Positions 48,961 to 58,568 of a stretch of 64,000 nucleotides of DNA are shown here, in pieces. Under the pieces are notes generated by a model. The model was given only the letters and a program-made list of their open reading frames with translations, was not told the DNA's origin and made no database searches. Origin of the DNA: Planctomycetota bacterium (GTDB lineage Bacteria > Planctomycetota > UBA8108 > SXIK01); assembly GCA_965223265.1 (NCBI GenBank), contig OZ244999.1, positions 5,568,001 to 5,632,000 of the forward strand, read 5' to 3'. The stretch's first letter is position 1, and each line of letters opens with the position of its first letter. The translations under genes and the position numbers were made by a program.

Positions 48961-51183
48961 TTGAAACGTGATCGCCAGAAATTCCTGTCTCTCGTCGCGG
49001 TTGTCTTCGCCGCGGCGACGTCAACCGCGGCCGCTGCCACGAAGATCGAAATCGTGACAGGATCGACCCCACCAGCGATCGTCAGCGCCGCGGTGGAGGA
49101 ACTCTCGCGTCACCTCGAGCGGATGTACGACGCCGACTGCGACATCGTCCGCGCCGCCTCGGGAGAGGCGGCGCACGTGATCGTTGTTGGCGAACGAGAG
49201 ACACACGCAGCTGTCGCAACGATCACCGGCGTCACTTGGCCGCAGCTCAGCGATCAGGGGATCGTTCTACGCGGCGTTGCGAGAAGCGATCAGCAGGTTG
49301 TTGTCGCCGGCGGCGGCTCCCCGGTTGCTGCGGCCTGGGCGATCTACGAGCTCGGATACCAGCTCGGCATTCGTTACCTACTCAGCGGTGATGTGCTTCC
49401 AGCGAAACCGCCCGATCTCGAGTTTGCACAGTTCGACTTGGTCCTCGAACCCAAGCTCAGAGTGCGAGCATGGCACACCATCGATGCCCTACCGATCAGC
49501 GCCGAGTCATGGAGCCTGGACGAGCACGTGCGCCTACTTCGCCAACTCGCCAAGAGGCGGATCAACCGCGTCGTCTTGACCTTTCACCCGTGGCAGCCGT
49601 TTGTTCACTACACATTTGGCGATATCAAAAAGAGCACAGCGACGCTCTGGTACGGCGAGAAGTATCCTGTGGACGGCGACACCGTGGGCAAAGTGGTGTT
49701 CAACAATGCCAAAGAGTTCGTCAACCCACACTTTACGGGGAGGGAGAGCTACGAGGAACGCATCGCCGCCGGCATGAAGCTGGCGCGTTCGATCATCGAA
49801 GCGGCAGAGCAGCATGGCATGTCGACCGGCATTCTCATCTCCCCACTCGAGATGCCGCGTGAGTTCGCAGCCTTGCTGCCGAACGGTTTCGTGCCACCTG
49901 GCAAAAATGACTTGGTCGTCCAACCAGGAGCAGAGCAATCGCCGGACGACGATGGGCTGCGCCGCCTCGTGAGCACAAAGATTCGCGCCTATCTCGAGGC
50001 TTATCCGCAAATCGACTCTCTGTATCTCAAACTGCCGGAGCTACCGGCGTGGGCTAAACACGGACGCGCGAGTTGGAAACATTTGGCGGCACGTGGAGGA
50101 TTCTCCGGCGCAGACCTCGGCGACGCAATGCGCCGAGCCCGACAAGCCAGCGCAAAGCAAACGCAAAAGCAAAAGCAGCACGAAGAAACGTTCTTGGGTG
50201 GAATCGCAGGCCTCGATTTCGTTCTCACACTGCTCGATCAGAAGGATCTTCTGACACGACGCGACGCGCAGACACCCAGCGTGACTCTCTGCAACAGTGA
50301 TCCAAGGCTCGCACCGTATTTCGACCGGCTCCTGCCTGAGGGTGTGAGCCTTCTCCACTTCATGGAGTACGCGGCACAGGCTGAAAAGCAGATCGCCCAA
50401 GTGGCAGACGCGACGCCGCGCACCGCAGGGCGCAGCTCGGCGATTCTTCAGCTATCGACGCGGAGCGCGGGAGTTTTGCCGCAGGACACTACACGTCATG
50501 TCGACAGAGTTCTGGTCGCACTGGAAAGAGCCGGATGGAGTGGCTTCGAAGCTCGCAGCTGGATGATCGGCGAACTGGACCGCTCCATGCATCACATCGC
50601 GCGTCGGTCGTTCGATGGCACGGCCACGGTCGAGAAGAGCGACGCGACGCTCTTCGGTGCGATGTGCGGCTCCGGTGTCGTGACGCGCTTGTCGCTGGGG
50701 CTGGACGCCATCTCACGAGCGGTCGACCTCATGAGTACGAACGCGGAAAGCTTCGCCTTCCCCGCGGCTGGTATGGGACTGCAGCACCTTCACAGCCGAC
50801 AAGCGCCGCCGCCTTGGCTGTCGGAGGTGAACCAGCTTTATACTGATGCGATGATTGAGATGTATCGGAGTAACGACCGCGCCCACCCAAATGGCCGCCC
50901 GTTACTGCGCTACATGGCAAAGCGCACTGAATTCGCCCTGGCTTATCTCGCTGCGATCGAAGCGCTCAGGTCCGCCGGCGTCGCCGCAGGCTCCGACGAC
51001 CGCGCCGCCGCTGCCGAGTCACTCGGCGTCGCCGCGGAGTCGATGTTCAACGCCATTGACGCCATGCGCGAGGCGGCTCGAGACTCGTGTGACAAGGGAG
51101 CGATCGCCGCTCTGAACGCCTACGCTTTTCGACCGATCGTCCGTGAATGGGAAGTCGCGCTCCAGGCAGAATCGGGGAACTGA
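48961..51183 (+). CDS. secreted hypothetical protein with a GH20b/GH67-like N-terminal domain (possible glycoside hydrolase)
   Basis: signal peptide; VVAGGGSP.AAAWAIYEL...LGIRY...DVLP...P.LRVR pattern; start uncertain (48904 or TTG 48961). Confidence 0.6.
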   Translation: MKRDRQKFLSLVAVVFAAATSTAAAATKIEIVTGSTPPAIVSAAVEELSRHLERMYDADCDIVRAASGEAAHVIVVGERETHAAVATITGVTWPQLSDQGIVLRGVARSDQQVVVAGGGSPVAAAWAIYELGYQLGIRYLLSGDVLPAKPPDLEFAQFDLVLEPKLRVRAWHTIDALPISAESWSLDEHVRLLRQLAKRRINRVVLTFHPWQPFVHYTFGDIKKSTATLWYGEKYPVDGDTVGKVVFNNAKEFVNPHFTGRESYEERIAAGMKLARSIIEAAEQHGMSTGILISPLEMPREFAALLPNGFVPPGKNDLVVQPGAEQSPDDDGLRRLVSTKIRAYLEAYPQIDSLYLKLPELPAWAKHGRASWKHLAARGGFSGADLGDAMRRARQASAKQTQKQKQHEETFLGGIAGLDFVLTLLDQKDLLTRRDAQTPSVTLCNSDPRLAPYFDRLLPEGVSLLHFMEYAAQAEKQIAQVADATPRTAGRSSAILQLSTRSAGVLPQDTTRHVDRVLVALERAGWSGFEARSWMIGELDRSMHHIARRSFDGTATVEKSDATLFGAMCGSGVVTRLSLGLDAISRAVDLMSTNAESFAFPAAGMGLQHLHSRQAPPPWLSEVNQLYTDAMIEMYRSNDRAHPNGRPLLRYMAKRTEFALAYLAAIEALRSAGVAAGSDDRAAAAESLGVAAESMFNAIDAMREAARDSCDKGAIAALNAYAFRPIVREWEVALQAESGN

Positions 51184-51210
51184 GAGCAAACGAACTGCTA
51201 CAATACTCTC

Positions 51211-52308
51211 ATGCTCCGTATTTCAGCACCGTCGTCCGGACGATCCGCCCAGAGCCGCAGCGGGCAAGCCTGTCATCACTTCCTGCTCTCGATTGCGGTG
51301 TCTGCGCCAGTCCTACTCGCGGGCTGTCAATCGGCGTATGTCCTCAGCCAAGGATGGCACCAGCTTCAACTTGGTCGACAACAAAGGCCTCTGAAGGAAG
51401 TACTCGGCGATCCTCAAACCAGCGCCGAGCACGCCGAAAAACTCAAATGGGTGCCGAAGGTCCTCGACTTCTGTCGAGACGAGTTGGGACTGGACCCCGG
51501 CGACGCTTACACATCGTATCTCGACACCACGGGGACCCCGGTCAGCTATGTTGTCACGGCGTCGCATCAACTGGCTCTCATCCCGTACCGCTGGCGATTT
51601 CCGTTCGTCGGCAAGGTCTCGTACAAAGGGTACTTCGCGCGCGACGATGCCGACGCCGAGGCATCCCGGTTGCGCGAACAGGGATACGATGTGCAGGTGT
51701 CGCCAGTGAGGGCGTACAGCACCCTCGGCTGGTTCAAGGATCCCGTGCTCTCAACCATGCTCGAGGACGATGTCGTCGAGCTCATTGACCTGCTGATTCA
51801 TGAGACGACCCATCGCACGGTCTATCTGCCGGACGCCACCAGTTTCAACGAGAGTCTCGCCACCCACATCGCCTACGAAGGCACGCAGCGTTTTGTCGCG
51901 AAGCACCCCGATTTACAGCCTCTCCTCGCTCAATACGAAGCCCGCCGCCGACGCACAAAGCAACACCGCGAGCTGTTGTTCCGATTGCGACGCGACCTTG
52001 ACGCACTTTTTCGGTCACAGATTCCGGACAGCGATAAAGTGAAACAAAAGAAAGCTTTGTTTCGCACCGCGTCGCGCGCGATTCGCACGCTCTCCTCAGA
52101 GCCAAGCAACTACGAGCTACCGGCAAACAACTGCGTCATCTTGGGCGTCGCTCGCTACCACGAATACGAGGAGTTCCTCACGCATCTGCAGCGAGACGTC
52201 GGTGGCCATCCGAACCAACTGACGGCATACTTAGTTGCCTTCGCACAAACTGGGCAGGCGTTACCGGAACTGCTGAACAAAGGAAAGGGAGCGGTAGTCT
52301 TGCCGTAG
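51211..52308 (+). CDS. putative aminopeptidase (HExxH) lipoprotein
   Basis: LAGC lipobox; W.FPFVG.V.YKGYF, AYSTLGWF.DP, LIHETTH, FNESLA. Confidence 0.85.
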   Translation: MLRISAPSSGRSAQSRSGQACHHFLLSIAVSAPVLLAGCQSAYVLSQGWHQLQLGRQQRPLKEVLGDPQTSAEHAEKLKWVPKVLDFCRDELGLDPGDAYTSYLDTTGTPVSYVVTASHQLALIPYRWRFPFVGKVSYKGYFARDDADAEASRLREQGYDVQVSPVRAYSTLGWFKDPVLSTMLEDDVVELIDLLIHETTHRTVYLPDATSFNESLATHIAYEGTQRFVAKHPDLQPLLAQYEARRRRTKQHRELLFRLRRDLDALFRSQIPDSDKVKQKKALFRTASRAIRTLSSEPSNYELPANNCVILGVARYHEYEEFLTHLQRDVGGHPNQLTAYLVAFAQTGQALPELLNKGKGAVVLP

Positions 52309-52322
52309 CCACAACGCCTGCA

Positions 52323-54254
52323 ATGACGCCGCACGTTCGAGGCGCGAGTTTCGAACTCGCGTGTCCCCCACCGACGACGAGCCGAACGACCGCTGTGCGC
52401 GAAGCTAACGATTCGACAGACCTCTCCAGAACGACTCCTATGACACCGCCACCAGCGCCATCGGATCTGGCCGCGCCGGGAATCATGGGATCTCATGCGC
52501 CCGACGGAACGCGGCAGCCGTCGTCGACTAAGCCACTGCAGGCTTCCAATCTGCACTACGTGCTTCACGTTGCCAGGCTTCGGTATCGGCAATGGAAGAA
52601 CAACCTCGGACATGTCCGACGGGATTCGCTCACCAGGATCATCGTGGTGCTGTTCGGGCTCTTGAACGTCTTTTTGCTCGGGTTCGCAGTCTCCTATAAA
52701 TCGTTTCGGTTTATCGAGGAGTTCGAAGCGTTTGGCGTCGCGCTCAACTCTAGAATGATATCGCTGCTATTCTTTGCGCTCTTCGCCCTCGTCGTGCTCT
52801 CGACCATCATCGTTACTTACGCGACTCTGTTCCTCGCTAAGGAGACGAGCTTCTTCTATGAGCATCCGCTACCACCGCGGAGCATTCTGACGATCAAGTT
52901 GACCGAGTCGATCGCATTCAGTTCGTGGGCAACACTTTTCCTCGGCTATCCCGTCCTCGTTTCGTTCGGGGCACTGCGTGGAGCAGGATTCGTCTACTAT
53001 TTCGAGGCAGCGGCGATCCTCGTGTTGTTCCTAGCTTTCGCGGGCCTCACCGGCGCGTTCTTCAGCATCCTCCTCGCGCCTGTGATTCGGCGTCTGTCAC
53101 TGCGTCAAATCGCACTCTTTTGCCTGCTCGCGTTCGTTGCTGTTTGTCATGCGTTTCTCAAGTCGTTCAATTTCGGCGATGTCGGCGAGCAGGACCAACT
53201 GCTTCTCCTCGATCGTTTCACCTCCAGCCTCTTGATCATTCACTCACCGTACTTCCCAAGTTACTGGGCATCGGCGGGCGTCCTTTCAGCGGCCGCCGGC
53301 AATCACCAAGAGTCGCTCATCCATACGGCCACACTCTTAGCCAACACACTGATATTTCTTCCGTTCATCGCTTGGTACGGAAACCGCTTTTACGGCACCT
53401 CTTGGCTCGTAGGCCGCTCGCTTCCATTCGCGAGAAAACGCCGCGCGAAGGGCGAACCCGCGGCAGCGCAGATCTCGACGGTGGTGCGCGCGTTCAACCG
53501 GCGACGCCTCTCTGCGCTCCTCTTGAAAGACATGCTCGTGTTCTTACGCGACCCGGCCCAGCTCAGCCAGTCCGTGCTCTTCTTTCTCCTCATGGCGATC
53601 TACTCGCTCAGTCTGCTGCGGGTGCCAACGTTTTTCTCAACGCCGGTCCTGCAGAAAATCCTTTTCTTCGCCAACCTGACAGCCCTTTGCATGATCCTCT
53701 CGTCGTTCACGTCACGTTTTCTCTTTCCGCTCATCAGCCTCGAAGGAAGGGCTTTCTGGATCGTCGGTTTGGCGCCGATGCGTCGATCGGCTCTGCTGAT
53801 CCAAAAGGCGGTTTTCGGTCTCGCGATTACGCTCGCGGTGGGCATTCCGATGACGATCGTCTCGAATCTCGCACTGAATATGCCCTTTGAGATGGTTTTG
53901 AGCGCGGTCTACATCGTCACTCTTGTTGGCCTTTGCCTGACCGCACTCGCGATTGGGCTCGGCGCGGCCTATCCAAACTTTGCTGAAGACAACCCCTCAA
54001 GAATCGCAGTTGGAGTAGGTGGGACCCTCAACTTCTTTGCGAGCGCGCTCTCGGTCGCTGTCATCATCACCATCATCGCGCTCCCTCACCTGATACCGCG
54101 ACTCGCTTCGGAAGAGCCAATGCTCGGAAGCATGCCGCCGCCCTCCACGATCGCGGTTTTCGCCGCCCACGCCGGCGCCACCGTTGCCGCCGCGGTACTC
54201 TCATTGTTTTGCTACCACTTCGGCTCACGTCATCTCGAAGGATACGAGTTTTGA
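52323..54254 (+). CDS. putative ABC transporter permease
   Basis: multi-TM protein; KDMLVFLRDP.QLSQ, FPLISLEGRAFW; start uncertain. Confidence 0.8.
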   Translation: MTPHVRGASFELACPPPTTSRTTAVREANDSTDLSRTTPMTPPPAPSDLAAPGIMGSHAPDGTRQPSSTKPLQASNLHYVLHVARLRYRQWKNNLGHVRRDSLTRIIVVLFGLLNVFLLGFAVSYKSFRFIEEFEAFGVALNSRMISLLFFALFALVVLSTIIVTYATLFLAKETSFFYEHPLPPRSILTIKLTESIAFSSWATLFLGYPVLVSFGALRGAGFVYYFEAAAILVLFLAFAGLTGAFFSILLAPVIRRLSLRQIALFCLLAFVAVCHAFLKSFNFGDVGEQDQLLLLDRFTSSLLIIHSPYFPSYWASAGVLSAAAGNHQESLIHTATLLANTLIFLPFIAWYGNRFYGTSWLVGRSLPFARKRRAKGEPAAAQISTVVRAFNRRRLSALLLKDMLVFLRDPAQLSQSVLFFLLMAIYSLSLLRVPTFFSTPVLQKILFFANLTALCMILSSFTSRFLFPLISLEGRAFWIVGLAPMRRSALLIQKAVFGLAITLAVGIPMTIVSNLALNMPFEMVLSAVYIVTLVGLCLTALAIGLGAAYPNFAEDNPSRIAVGVGGTLNFFASALSVAVIITIIALPHLIPRLASEEPMLGSMPPPSTIAVFAAHAGATVAAAVLSLFCYHFGSRHLEGYEF

Positions 54255-55081
54255 AATATCTGTGGCCAGTGCTCTCGGTGTTGATTTTTATCTTCTGGGC
54301 GACGATGAACACCGTCGTCGTGCTGCGTGAGAGGCAGATCGCGAAACAGGATCGATATCAACGCCATCTCAACGAGTTCCTCGACAAAAATCATCGACGC
54401 GAGAGGTGGATGGGCATCTACCAACGATCGCCAGATTTTCGCCGCAAGCTTGGCTACACCGGCATGGTCATCGAGCGTCTTCCTGGCACACGTGGCATCG
54501 AGTATCACACAGACATAGAGACCGTCGTCGATACCGATGCATTCAACACACGCGTCCCGCTGCTCAACTGGTTGCTTGGCGAGGGGCGCCTTTCCATCAA
54601 GGCAAGACTGATTCAGGACGACGAGCTCAAGCCGGAGTTCCTCTCGGTTGAGTTACAGCTTCCAAAGGGCGGGCGCTTGTCGCTTTCGGGGAGACGCGAC
54701 GGCGACGTTTTCCGCATTCAGACCCAGGGGGGTCAGTCCGTCAAGATCCCCGTCAACAAGTTCGTGTTAGGAAACGGATTCGTTCCGACTCTTCCACTCG
54801 CAGGGCTGAACGAAGGTGATTCGTTTCAAGTGGCGGCCTTCGACACGGTTTCGATGCGACCGCAAAACGCCACCGTGACCGTGACGGACCTGCGTGCAGA
54901 ACAGATCGACGGAGTCTTCGTGGACGTCTACGAGCTGGAGACGGATCTGGGCGGTCGTAAGAGCTCGTCGCTTGTCACACAAGATGGGACCTTACTACGC
55001 GTTCACCTCGGTGCCCCCTTCGCGGGAATCGAGCTGCGACGGGAGCGCCGTGAGTCGGCACGACGGGGCATGAAGAAATGA
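54251..55081 (+). CDS. hypothetical membrane-anchored beta-rich protein
   Basis: overlaps both neighbours by 4 bp (TTGA, ATGA); N-terminal TM; WMGIY...KLGY motif. Confidence 0.7.
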   Translation: MKYLWPVLSVLIFIFWATMNTVVVLRERQIAKQDRYQRHLNEFLDKNHRRERWMGIYQRSPDFRRKLGYTGMVIERLPGTRGIEYHTDIETVVDTDAFNTRVPLLNWLLGEGRLSIKARLIQDDELKPEFLSVELQLPKGGRLSLSGRRDGDVFRIQTQGGQSVKIPVNKFVLGNGFVPTLPLAGLNEGDSFQVAAFDTVSMRPQNATVTVTDLRAEQIDGVFVDVYELETDLGGRKSSSLVTQDGTLLRVHLGAPFAGIELRRERRESARRGMKK

Positions 55082-55800
55082 TCGAGATTCAGGGCCTGAT
55101 CAAGAAGTACCGCGGCCAAGAACGTGCTGCTGTCGACGATCTGAATCTCGACATCGGGGCTGGTGTCTTCTACACGTTCCTCGGCCCCAACGGAGCGGGC
55201 AAGACGACCACGATGCGCATCATGGCCGGACTGCTGCAGCCAACCGCTGGAAGTGTTCGTATCGCAGGCTTCGACGTCCTCAACGACCCTGTGAGCGTCA
55301 AAGCGAGTATCGGATACATTCCGGACCACCCCTACCTCTACGAAAAGCTGAGTGGCTGGGAGTTTCTCCACTTCATCGGAGGAATCTACCAGCTGCCGGA
55401 AGAGCACGTGACGACCCGCGGCCACACGCTGCTCGAAGTCTTCGATCTCAGGGCAGAGGCTGACAAGCTGATCGACAGCTATTCCCACGGCATGCGGCAG
55501 CGCCTCGCGTTCGTCGCCTGCTTTCTCCATGACCCAAAGGTCGTCATCATCGACGAGCCCTGGGTCGGACTCGATCCGAAGAACATTCGGACCGCGATCA
55601 ATTTCCTCCGCGAGCAAACCCGCGTCGGGGTGACCATTTTCATGTCGACACACTCCCTGGGAATCGCAGAGCAAGTCGCCGAGCGCATCGGGATCATTCA
55701 CAAGGGAAAGCTCCTCTACGACGGTGACGTCAGCGGGCTGAGAGAACTCTCGGGCGCGGAGGACTTGGAAGACGTCTTTCTCGAGCTGACCGAGGGATAA
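55078..55800 (+). CDS. ABC transporter ATP-binding protein
   Basis: GPNGAGKTT, YSHGMRQR, IIDEP, STH. Confidence 0.95.
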   Translation: MIEIQGLIKKYRGQERAAVDDLNLDIGAGVFYTFLGPNGAGKTTTMRIMAGLLQPTAGSVRIAGFDVLNDPVSVKASIGYIPDHPYLYEKLSGWEFLHFIGGIYQLPEEHVTTRGHTLLEVFDLRAEADKLIDSYSHGMRQRLAFVACFLHDPKVVIIDEPWVGLDPKNIRTAINFLREQTRVGVTIFMSTHSLGIAEQVAERIGIIHKGKLLYDGDVSGLRELSGAEDLEDVFLELTEG

Positions 55801-55810
55801 GTCGGGGGCC

Positions 55811-55869
55811 CCAGGGTTCCCCGGCCAGGGTTCCCCGGCCAGGGTTCCCCGCCAGGGTTCCCCGGCCAG
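55811..55869. repeat. 14-bp tandem repeat CCAGGGTTCCCCGG x4
   Basis: direct reading; one unit lacks a G. Confidence 0.9.
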
Positions 55870-56026
55870 ACGTCCGCTGGCGCCGCCTTGAGACTCTCTT
55901 GAAACGCGGCGCTGCCCGCCCTCAGCCGGCCGATGACGTCGCAAAACGGGGTCCGCCGGCAGCGACAAAAGCCGCGGCGCTCCTCCATCGGAGCAGGAAA
56001 TCTCTTGCAAAGACGCCCCATCTTCA

Positions 56027-56051
56027 ATAAAAGACAAAAAGATCTTTTTAT
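56027..56051 (+). promoter_or_regulatory. AT-rich palindrome, candidate Rrf2 operator
   Basis: AAAAGAC-N6-ATCTTTT in a GC-rich background, downstream of a TTGCAA hexamer; an Rrf2 gene lies 2 kb downstream. Confidence 0.45.
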
Positions 56052-56082
56052 CTTTTCCGATGCGGCCGTTGAGACAGGAACG

Positions 56083-57639
56083 ATGAAAGAGAAGACAAAG
56101 GTCTCACAAACCATTCTATTTACGACACTTGCGTCCTTGTCGCTGATCGGCGCAACCGTCTTGGGTCAAGCGACGGAAGGCGCCGCGGGCCTCACAAGGT
56201 CGCCAGCAGCGGCGCATGAATCGGAGGTGCTGAAGTTCGTCGCACGCTTCCATCTGGTTCTCCTGCACTTTCCGATCGGGCTACTGGGAGGCGCAGCACT
56301 CTTAGAGCTCTATTCTCTGTTCCGGCCGGCGCGAAACCTCGCCGGCGTCAAGGCCTTCGTCCTCACGATCACATCGGTTTCGGGGATCATCGTCTCGCTG
56401 ATGGGACTCGCGCTGGCACAGGAAGGCGGATACGACCCAGAGACTCTGAGTCGCCACCAGTGGCTAGGTCTGACGGTTGTGGCGCTCGTCGTCGTCACAA
56501 CCCTCGTCCACCGCAAGGTGAGCCGACAGGGCGGCCCAAGACGACTCACATTCGCCTATCGCGGGCTCCTCGGTTCGGCAGTGTTCGTCCTCATGCTTGC
56601 CGGCCACGAAGGCGGCAACTTGACCCACGGCTCCCAGTACCTGCTCCAGCACGCCCCCTCGTTCGTGAAACGCCTCTTTGCCGAAGGCACGTCAACCCTC
56701 GGCTCGGCACATCAGGCGGGCGACGAAAACCGCGGCATGCCGAAGGCCATCGCGACGATCTTGGAGTCCGCGTGCGTTCAGTGTCACGGCAGGGAGAAAC
56801 AGAAAGGCGGCTATCGTCTCGACGTCAAATCCGTCGCTTTCGCCGGCGGCGACAGCGAACTCACCGCCATTGTTCCCGGGCGCCCCCTGGAGAGCAATCT
56901 TGTGCGCCTCCTGCTTTTATCGCCGACTGACGACGACGTCATGCCGCCCCAAGGCAAGGGAGACATGACCGCCGAGGAGATCCTGACCGTGATTCGTTGG
57001 ATCGAAGCGGGCGCCCCGTTCGGCGACGATGCGTCATCACCCAAAAGCGATCCTGCCGACCCGACTCATCGAGCGACCACGACGCACGCCGAGGGCCTCG
57101 TGACGGCGACGGTGGGATCACTCGTGGCGGTCGAAACGGCGCCAAGTTCCGGCGTCGTCTCGAACGAGCTAACTCCACGAATCGACGACACCCCCAAGGC
57201 AGACGCCGCACGGAGATTGCCGGCAGAAGGAACCAGTCCAGCTGTCGGCGAGACCGCCACGGGCGCAGAACGGACAGGGAAGGTCGATTTCCAAAGCGAG
57301 ATCCAACCAATTCTGGCTCGCCACTGCGTCCGCTGCCACGGCGCCGACAAACGTCGGGGAAGACTTCGCCTCCACACGTGGGACGATGCCCTCGACGGCG
57401 GCAAGAAGAAGGGGCCTGCCATTGTCGCCGGCAAGCCTGAAGAAAGCCCACTCTACCTCCTCGCGGCGATCGATCCGGCCAACGACGACGACGAAGAGCT
57501 CATGCCGCCCGACGGCAAAGGGAGACCGCTGACCGAAGACGAGCTCGAAACGCTAGCGCTCTGGATCAAGCAAGGAGCCGAGTGGCCAGAGGGGCTAAGT
57601 ATCGAAGAAGAAAACGAAGAAGAGGTGGAGGCGAAATGA
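56083..57639 (+). CDS. membrane protein (DUF2231-like) with two planctomycete cytochrome-c domains
   Basis: HLVLLHFPIGL TM domain; CVQCH and CVRCH heme motifs, each followed by G..RL...MPP...WI..GA. Confidence 0.85.
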   Translation: MKEKTKVSQTILFTTLASLSLIGATVLGQATEGAAGLTRSPAAAHESEVLKFVARFHLVLLHFPIGLLGGAALLELYSLFRPARNLAGVKAFVLTITSVSGIIVSLMGLALAQEGGYDPETLSRHQWLGLTVVALVVVTTLVHRKVSRQGGPRRLTFAYRGLLGSAVFVLMLAGHEGGNLTHGSQYLLQHAPSFVKRLFAEGTSTLGSAHQAGDENRGMPKAIATILESACVQCHGREKQKGGYRLDVKSVAFAGGDSELTAIVPGRPLESNLVRLLLLSPTDDDVMPPQGKGDMTAEEILTVIRWIEAGAPFGDDASSPKSDPADPTHRATTTHAEGLVTATVGSLVAVETAPSSGVVSNELTPRIDDTPKADAARRLPAEGTSPAVGETATGAERTGKVDFQSEIQPILARHCVRCHGADKRRGRLRLHTWDDALDGGKKKGPAIVAGKPEESPLYLLAAIDPANDDDEELMPPDGKGRPLTEDELETLALWIKQGAEWPEGLSIEEENEEEVEAK

Positions 57640-57707
57640 GAGAGAAAGACAACCGTCTGGCACTGCTTTACTACACGTAGGACCAAGATAGGAATAGGAG
57701 TCGTTTC

Positions 57708-57965
57708 ATGGGCGCCATATTGCTCTTTCCGATTTTCCTCCTGGTCGTCGCGATCCCCCTCGCAGCTACTTTTTTCATCGGCGCGGTTCTATCGTCCGTC
57801 CCGGAAACCGAATCGGTTCCGTCGGCACCACGGGAAACGCGACCTGCGAAGCGAATCGAGCCGACGAGAACGACGACTGCACGACCCAGAGCGCAGAAGC
57901 GGCGCCGCGCCGCGAGCAGAAGTCAGAGCCGCGCGCGACCTGCCCTTCACGGCGCCGCACGCTGA
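57708..57965 (+). CDS. small membrane protein
   Basis: AGGAG RBS; hydrophobic N-terminus, basic tail. Confidence 0.5.
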   Translation: MGAILLFPIFLLVVAIPLAATFFIGAVLSSVPETESVPSAPRETRPAKRIEPTRTTTARPRAQKRRRAASRSQSRARPALHGAAR

Positions 57966-58032
57966 ACGGGAGACCCTCAGCGGGACGCCAGGGCTCATTG
58001 CATATCCACAGACGGCTGCGATACACTGTGGC

Positions 58033-58482
58033 ATGCTTTACTCGAGCGCCTGTGCCCATGCGATTCGCGCCTTGTCGCAGCTCGCGTTGATGGCGCCGAG
58101 CGGCAACGTACTCTTGAGCGAGCTCTGCGACAGCGCCGGCCTCCCACGTCACTACGTTGCCAAAGTGTTCCAAACCTTGGTCCGGCAGGGTCTCCTCAAA
58201 AGCAGTAAGGGACGGGGCGGAGGATTTTCCCTGGCGCGAGCGCCGACGAAGATCACGCTCTGGGATATCGTCGAAAGCGTTGACGGCACCAGCGAGCTCG
58301 AGCAGTGTGTCGTCGGAATCGCGCCCTGCGACGATCTGCAGCCGTGTCCACAGCACGACCAATGGAAGGCGATGCGCTCACAGATCAAGTCGTACCTACA
58401 GGAAACGACGCTCGATGAGCTGAGCCGCACCCTGCAGCGAAAGCTCGAACGCCTTCAAAGCTCTCCGTCGACGCCGGGCTGA
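58033..58482 (+). CDS. Rrf2 family transcriptional regulator (Cys-ligand type)
   Basis: AIRAL, YVAKVFQTL...S.KGRGGGF.LAR, ITL.DIVE; CVVGIAPCDDLQPCPQH. Confidence 0.92.
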   Translation: MLYSSACAHAIRALSQLALMAPSGNVLLSELCDSAGLPRHYVAKVFQTLVRQGLLKSSKGRGGGFSLARAPTKITLWDIVESVDGTSELEQCVVGIAPCDDLQPCPQHDQWKAMRSQIKSYLQETTLDELSRTLQRKLERLQSSPSTPG

Positions 58483-58568
58483 GTCATGTCGTGAACGGCA
58501 GAGCGAGCGCGCAGGCACAGCCGTAAAGCCCATGCGCCGCCGTCACGATCGCATCGATGTGTCATCCT

